Part shown: piece after piece, positions 56,474 through 60,418 of the stretch
Numbering within the stretch: the stretch's first letter is position 1
How the letters are laid out: each line of letters opens with the position of its first letter
From: a virus
Lineage: Duplodnaviria; Caudoviricetes
Length of the DNA stretch: 60,418 nucleotides
Virus record (IMG/VR): IMGVR_UViG_3300025325_000023
Coordinates: 1 to 60,418 of that record
Reading direction: 5' to 3' (one strand)
Notes under the pieces: generated by a model
The model's database searches: none
Told to the model about the DNA's origin: nothing
Seen by the model: the letters and a program-made list of their open reading frames with translations, nothing else
Made by a program: the position numbers and the translations under genes

Positions 56474-56725
56474 ATGGTGAGTCCACAGGGGTTGGAGTTG
56501 CAAGATTTAGGTGGGTATGAAGCGGATTTGAAATTGGCATATGAAAATGCCTTGGCGGTGTTGGTATTGAGCGTTTTGAATGAACCTCGTCGACGGTTTA
56601 AACATCGGCGCTTGCATAGGCGTTTGGATCAAATTGAAAGTTTGCGGTGGGCGGTGCATAGTCTGCGCCAAGATTGCGAGAGGGATAAGGTCACGTATAT
56701 AAAGAATAAACGTTCCAGAAGGTAA
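56474..56725 (+). CDS. Hypothetical protein
   Basis: Operon packing. Confidence 0.55.
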   Translation: MVSPQGLELQDLGGYEADLKLAYENALAVLVLSVLNEPRRRFKHRRLHRRLDQIESLRWAVHSLRQDCERDKVTYIKNKRSRR

Positions 56726-56745
56726 TAATTTCTAAAGGGGGTGTT

Positions 56746-57045
56746 ATGTCTGAGCAAACAGTGATCCCTGTCGCTGGACTCGATCTTAGGCAACGGGACA
56801 AAGAAATCCAATTTAGGCAGCGTGCAATTCAGGAAAAGTTGGAAAACTTGAGTTGCGCCATCTTTGTTAAAGTGATATCGTCGCTCATTGCTGAGAGTAA
56901 AACTAGTCTGCCAGTGGATACGGTTGCGGTGATTGGGGCGGCTTCTATTGAAGCGTCGTTGGTTATGGGGAAAACTTTATATGGCGTCACTGCGGTGCGA
57001 GCCGAGGCGGTGCCACCTGTGAAAGAGGCAAGTGAGCCTTTTTGA
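56746..57045 (+). CDS. Hypothetical protein
   Basis: Operon packing. Confidence 0.6.
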   Translation: MSEQTVIPVAGLDLRQRDKEIQFRQRAIQEKLENLSCAIFVKVISSLIAESKTSLPVDTVAVIGAASIEASLVMGKTLYGVTAVRAEAVPPVKEASEPF

Positions 57046-57071
57046 CGGAAAGTTTTATGGGGTAAGGACAT

Positions 57072-57431
57072 ATGCCAAGTAAACTAGGAAAACAGTTTGA
57101 TATCCTAGCGGCCTGGGTTCGTAAAAATGTGGACTTTCAATTTAGCGTACGCTCTGTGGTGAATTTGAAAATGGATGGTGAGAAATGTCACGCCACGCTG
57201 TTGCACAGGGACGGTGGTGAGAGGTATATAATTTGTTTGGAGAGAACAGACCCCTATGCGGTGTTGGAAGACTCTTTGCTCCACGAAATAGCGCATGCGC
57301 AAACTATGGAAGAGGGAGAGTACACGGAGGATTATGCCAAGCAACATTCAGCGCGTTGGGGCGTGTTCTATGCCAGGCTATATAAAAAATGGAGGCAGGT
57401 TTGTGATGAAAAAGACCGGGGGGCCACATGA
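57072..57431 (+). CDS. Zincin-like (SprT-like) metallopeptidase
   Basis: LLHEIAH plus downstream H...WG. Confidence 0.7.
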   Translation: MPSKLGKQFDILAAWVRKNVDFQFSVRSVVNLKMDGEKCHATLLHRDGGERYIICLERTDPYAVLEDSLLHEIAHAQTMEEGEYTEDYAKQHSARWGVFYARLYKKWRQVCDEKDRGAT

Positions 57432-57790
57432 TTTATCTAGCTAGTCCCTACAGTCATCCTGCCCCTTCTGTTGTGCGCCAACGCTATCGCGATGCTTGTA
57501 AGGCTACGGTGTGGTTGTTAAAAACCCATAGGAATGTGTTCTCGCCTATTGTCCATAGTCATCCACTGATTCGTTATGGTGTGCCCAATAACTGGGAGGC
57601 TTGGGCGTGGGTTGACGAGGATTTTATAAAGCGGTGCGATGAGGTTAAGGTTCTCATGCTACTGGGTTGGGACCAAAGTGTGGGGGTGCGGGCCGAGGTT
57701 GAGTTGGCACATAAATTTGGAAAGTTGGTGTCGTATGTGAGTATGGAAGACTTAGAGGCATTGTTGGACAGTGGGGTGAGTAATGGCTAA
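57428..57790 (+). CDS. DUF1937 family (nucleoside deoxyribosyltransferase-like fold)
   Basis: MIYLASPYSH, VFSPIVHSHP, CDEV.VL.L.GW..S.GV..E. Confidence 0.85.
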   Translation: MIYLASPYSHPAPSVVRQRYRDACKATVWLLKTHRNVFSPIVHSHPLIRYGVPNNWEAWAWVDEDFIKRCDEVKVLMLLGWDQSVGVRAEVELAHKFGKLVSYVSMEDLEALLDSGVSNG

Positions 57791-58604
57791 TGTCTACATT
57801 GTCGTTCCAACTATGGGTTTTGATATCGGATCATTGTGCGTTAATGCACTTATGACGGCGGCCTCGCCTAAGCATTCGATTCGGTATCAGATTCAGGGGC
57901 TATCACTGTTAGCGCGAAACTTTAACACACTTTGGTGTGCAGCATGGGAGGCGCAGTCAGATTATTTTGTGATGTTGCATTCTGACATTGGGATTCGCGC
58001 GCCAGCGGGGTTTGTGGGATCGTGGCTGGACGCTTTTATTGAGCGAATCGAAGAGGCCAAGGCTGCGGTGCTATCTGCGGTCGTCCCTATAAAAAATAAT
58101 ATCGGTCATACTAGTACAGCCCTACAGTTGACGCGGGACAATTCTTTCACTCTACGACGGGTCGTAATTAAAGACCTTCCTAAGCTTCCGGTAAAGTGGA
58201 TCACTAGGGACGATCTTTGCGCACTTTACCAGGTTAATCCGGAAGTGGCAGGGCCCATGTTGGTAAACACGGGGGCGATGATTATGGATTTGAAGCGGTT
58301 TCCGTGGGCGAAGGAACGGTGGTGTGGGTTCGAAATTAGGGACCATTTAGCTTGGTCTTTAGATGGAGTGCCACGGCCGTTTTCTGCCCCAGAAGATTGG
58401 AGGTTGAGCCAATTTCTATTTAAGCAGGGCTGGATGTACGCGGCTACGAAAGAATTTCCTATCGCACATTTGGGCTCATCTCCATATTCAAACTATGGGG
58501 CGTGGGGAATGGATGAAGATACAGAGGGGCCTACGTGGCCCTCGATTCGAGGATATGAAAATTCGCGGGTGTTGTCATCCAAAGGTGTTATACTCAATGA
58601 CTGA
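57783..58604 (+). CDS. GT-A fold glycosyltransferase (family 2-like)
   Basis: IVVP, SLLARNFN, FVMLHSD (DxD-like), NTG, PEDW. Confidence 0.7.
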   Translation: MANVYIVVPTMGFDIGSLCVNALMTAASPKHSIRYQIQGLSLLARNFNTLWCAAWEAQSDYFVMLHSDIGIRAPAGFVGSWLDAFIERIEEAKAAVLSAVVPIKNNIGHTSTALQLTRDNSFTLRRVVIKDLPKLPVKWITRDDLCALYQVNPEVAGPMLVNTGAMIMDLKRFPWAKERWCGFEIRDHLAWSLDGVPRPFSAPEDWRLSQFLFKQGWMYAATKEFPIAHLGSSPYSNYGAWGMDEDTEGPTWPSIRGYENSRVLSSKGVILND

Positions 58605-59082
58605 CGGTGGCGTGTCCAAGATGCTTCCTGTTCCGAAGTTCCATGGTCGGTTGAATGGTCTGGAATTCACAGTCTCGCATCTTTGGGTTGAGCCGCAGGA
58701 TTCATACCATGGCAGTCGTCGTATCTATACGTTAGTGAAACCATTTCACGTGACTATGAAGTCTGCCGGCTGTTACTTGGACGTATTGGTCCCGGTTGGT
58801 TTCTCTAGCGATTTTGCCACGTTCCCTATTGTGGTCCAGTTTGTGTTAGGTGGTAATGACGCGGTGGGTACGTGCGAGGCCGCCATTATTCACGATTACG
58901 CTTGTGTCAATAAGTTGCCGGCTTCGGTTGCCAATGCGCTTATGCTCGCCGTGCTTACTGTATTCTCCGTGCCGCGCTGGAAACGGGGTTTGATCTTCAT
59001 AGGCCTATCGCTCTTTGGATATCGTACACCAGTGTTGCGGTGGGCTCAGACTATTCGGAGGTGGCTGTTGTGGAAGAAATAA
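58597..59082 (+). CDS. DUF1353 family protein
   Basis: VPVGF.SDFAT.P, AAIIHDY, AN..M...VP.WKR. Confidence 0.8.
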   Translation: MTDGGVSKMLPVPKFHGRLNGLEFTVSHLWVEPQDSYHGSRRIYTLVKPFHVTMKSAGCYLDVLVPVGFSSDFATFPIVVQFVLGGNDAVGTCEAAIIHDYACVNKLPASVANALMLAVLTVFSVPRWKRGLIFIGLSLFGYRTPVLRWAQTIRRWLLWKK

Positions 59083-59408
59083 TTAGTGAATCGGTGACGG
59101 GCGGGAAGAAGGGCGTAAAGCTGGCGCGGTTTGATCTTATTCCGACCAGGGCCTTGTATGCGTTGGCAGAACACTATGGCAAGGGCTGTCGCAAGTACGG
59201 GGACAGGAATTGGGAGAATGGGGTTGAGTGGGGCAAGGGCTACGCAGCGTTACAGCGTCACGCCACGCTGTTTTGGGATGGGACGGCCTCCGACGACGAG
59301 GGTAACTCACATTTGATTGCCGTTGCATTTTGGGCCATGGCACTCTACACCTACTCTACGGACCCCAAATATAGTGGGTTGGATGATCGATCTAGTTCTA
59401 ATCAGTAA
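59040..59408 (+). CDS. dATP/dGTP diphosphohydrolase domain protein (DUF5664)
   Basis: GGKK..K..RFDLIP, G.RKYG.RNWE.G, A..RH, D..G..HL. Confidence 0.85.
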   Translation: MGSDYSEVAVVEEIISESVTGGKKGVKLARFDLIPTRALYALAEHYGKGCRKYGDRNWENGVEWGKGYAALQRHATLFWDGTASDDEGNSHLIAVAFWAMALYTYSTDPKYSGLDDRSSSNQ

Positions 59409-59432
59409 GTAACTTTTACGAGGAGGTGTTTT

Positions 59433-59684
59433 ATGTTGTTCAAGAGAACTGTAGCGGATACACGAAGGGCTTTGATTATGAAGCGTCAAGAGATTTGGGA
59501 TAGGATAATTGCCACAATTTCGAATTACCAGGAGGATTTGTCTATAGGTTATGGGGAGACATTCAGCGCCGTAGATGCGTTGCAAATGCAACATCGCGAC
59601 TTGGGAAAATACCTTGCGTTAATAGACGAAGAAATTTCTGGCCACCGGGAGGCCGTGGAGAAAGGCACTTCAATTCTTCCATAA
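59433..59684 (+). CDS. Hypothetical coiled-coil protein
   Basis: GAGGAGG RBS. Confidence 0.6.
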   Translation: MLFKRTVADTRRALIMKRQEIWDRIIATISNYQEDLSIGYGETFSAVDALQMQHRDLGKYLALIDEEISGHREAVEKGTSILP

Positions 59685-59685
59685 T

Positions 59686-60243
59686 ATGATTTTCGTTTAC
59701 AACCTTCCTCGCTCATTCGGCCAGTCCATACAGGAGATGCTCTCTATTCTGTATCATACCGTCGAGAGTGGGGTTGATGTTTGGCATAGCCTCTTTCGTT
59801 ATGAATGGTTGAATCTCAAGCCTACGGATATCGGGGTAGTTGAATGCACGGCTCCTGTTTCGTGGTGTGAGGCCAATTACCCAGAGGCCCAGTATATTAT
59901 GGCTATCCGCGCTGACGAGGGTGCGTGGTTGACATCGTGTGCGGATATGTACGACTTAGCCCAAGAGGAAAGGTGGACTAACCCTATCTGGCAGCTTGAT
60001 TTAGATCACTTCTCGTATTATGCCCGTGAGTGGTGTAGCAACGTGTATCGTTGGTTGCCGGAGGGGCGTACGATGGTCTGGAATATCCAAGAGTGCGGGC
60101 CGGAGTGGGAGTCTCTGTGCAGTTTCTTGAATATGCCCACGCCGTCGGTACCCGTACCATGGGTGGATTGGATTGGCAGACAGACTGGGCCGCACGGCTA
60201 TGATCGAGGGTTGGGGGATTTGACTGTAGGAGGGTTGCTGTGA
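59686..60243 (+). CDS. Divergent sulfotransferase-like (Sulfotransfer_4-type) protein
   Basis: LPRS at the P-loop position, YPEA.YI..IR...W..S, W..LC.FL..P.P..P.PW. Confidence 0.6.
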   Translation: MIFVYNLPRSFGQSIQEMLSILYHTVESGVDVWHSLFRYEWLNLKPTDIGVVECTAPVSWCEANYPEAQYIMAIRADEGAWLTSCADMYDLAQEERWTNPIWQLDLDHFSYYAREWCSNVYRWLPEGRTMVWNIQECGPEWESLCSFLNMPTPSVPVPWVDWIGRQTGPHGYDRGLGDLTVGGLL

Positions 60244-60418
60244 GTCTGCTAGGCTGGGCTGCTAGTATTCTGCTGATTCTAGGTTGGTATGGGTACCCAA
60301 GACTTTGGGGCCTACTATTGAACACCACTGGCACCTGGCTGTGGTCGTGGGTGGCGTTTCAGTTGGGTATGTGGGATCTGTTTGCACTAGATGTCATCCT
60401 TGCTGTAATCCAAAGTCG
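60240..60418 (+). CDS. Small multi-TM membrane protein (PnuC-like pattern), truncated
   Basis: GTGA overlap; MSLLGWAASILLILGW...WGLLL..G..LW. Confidence 0.45.
   Translation, partial: MSLLGWAASILLILGWYGYPRLWGLLLNTTGTWLWSWVAFQLGMWDLFALDVILAVIQS

Noticed and set aside
1-60418. Alternative genetic code (stop-codon reassignment)
   Set aside because: Long core genes are intact under code 11, and all three stop codons terminate genes.

Overview
This window looks like a near-complete, apparently circularly permuted ~60 kb tailed-phage genome with a podovirus-like, short-tail layout. The host is probably a planctomycete; this is an inference from the style of the TatA, sigma-factor and ERCC4 sequences. 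Modules in order: (1) leftward early genes (DUF932) separated by a repeated 55-nt hairpin; (2) a divergent control region with consensus sigma70 promoters and a ~150-nt structured RNA; (3) small and secreted proteins, including a collagen-like one; (4) family A DNA polymerase (Leu at the 762 position), two tandem sigma factors, a catalytic-domain-only tyrosine recombinase and a tRNA-like element; (5) terminase, portal, tail adaptor/nozzle, LamG fibres, scaffold, major capsid protein (MCP), a family of paralogous accessory virion proteins and ejection proteins; (6) an atypical lysis-position cassette; (7) a nuclease/recombination block, primase-helicase and a likely origin where strand skew flips; (8) a late accessory block. 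The most striking feature is a phage-encoded tatA translationally coupled to two twin-arginine-signal genes, plus a third such gene at 2463. By eye, the mature parts of these three proteins align to successive pieces of this phage's own MCP. They appear to be Tat-signal::capsid-fragment fusions, a candidate undescribed system. All assignments come from motif recognition by eye; no database search was run.
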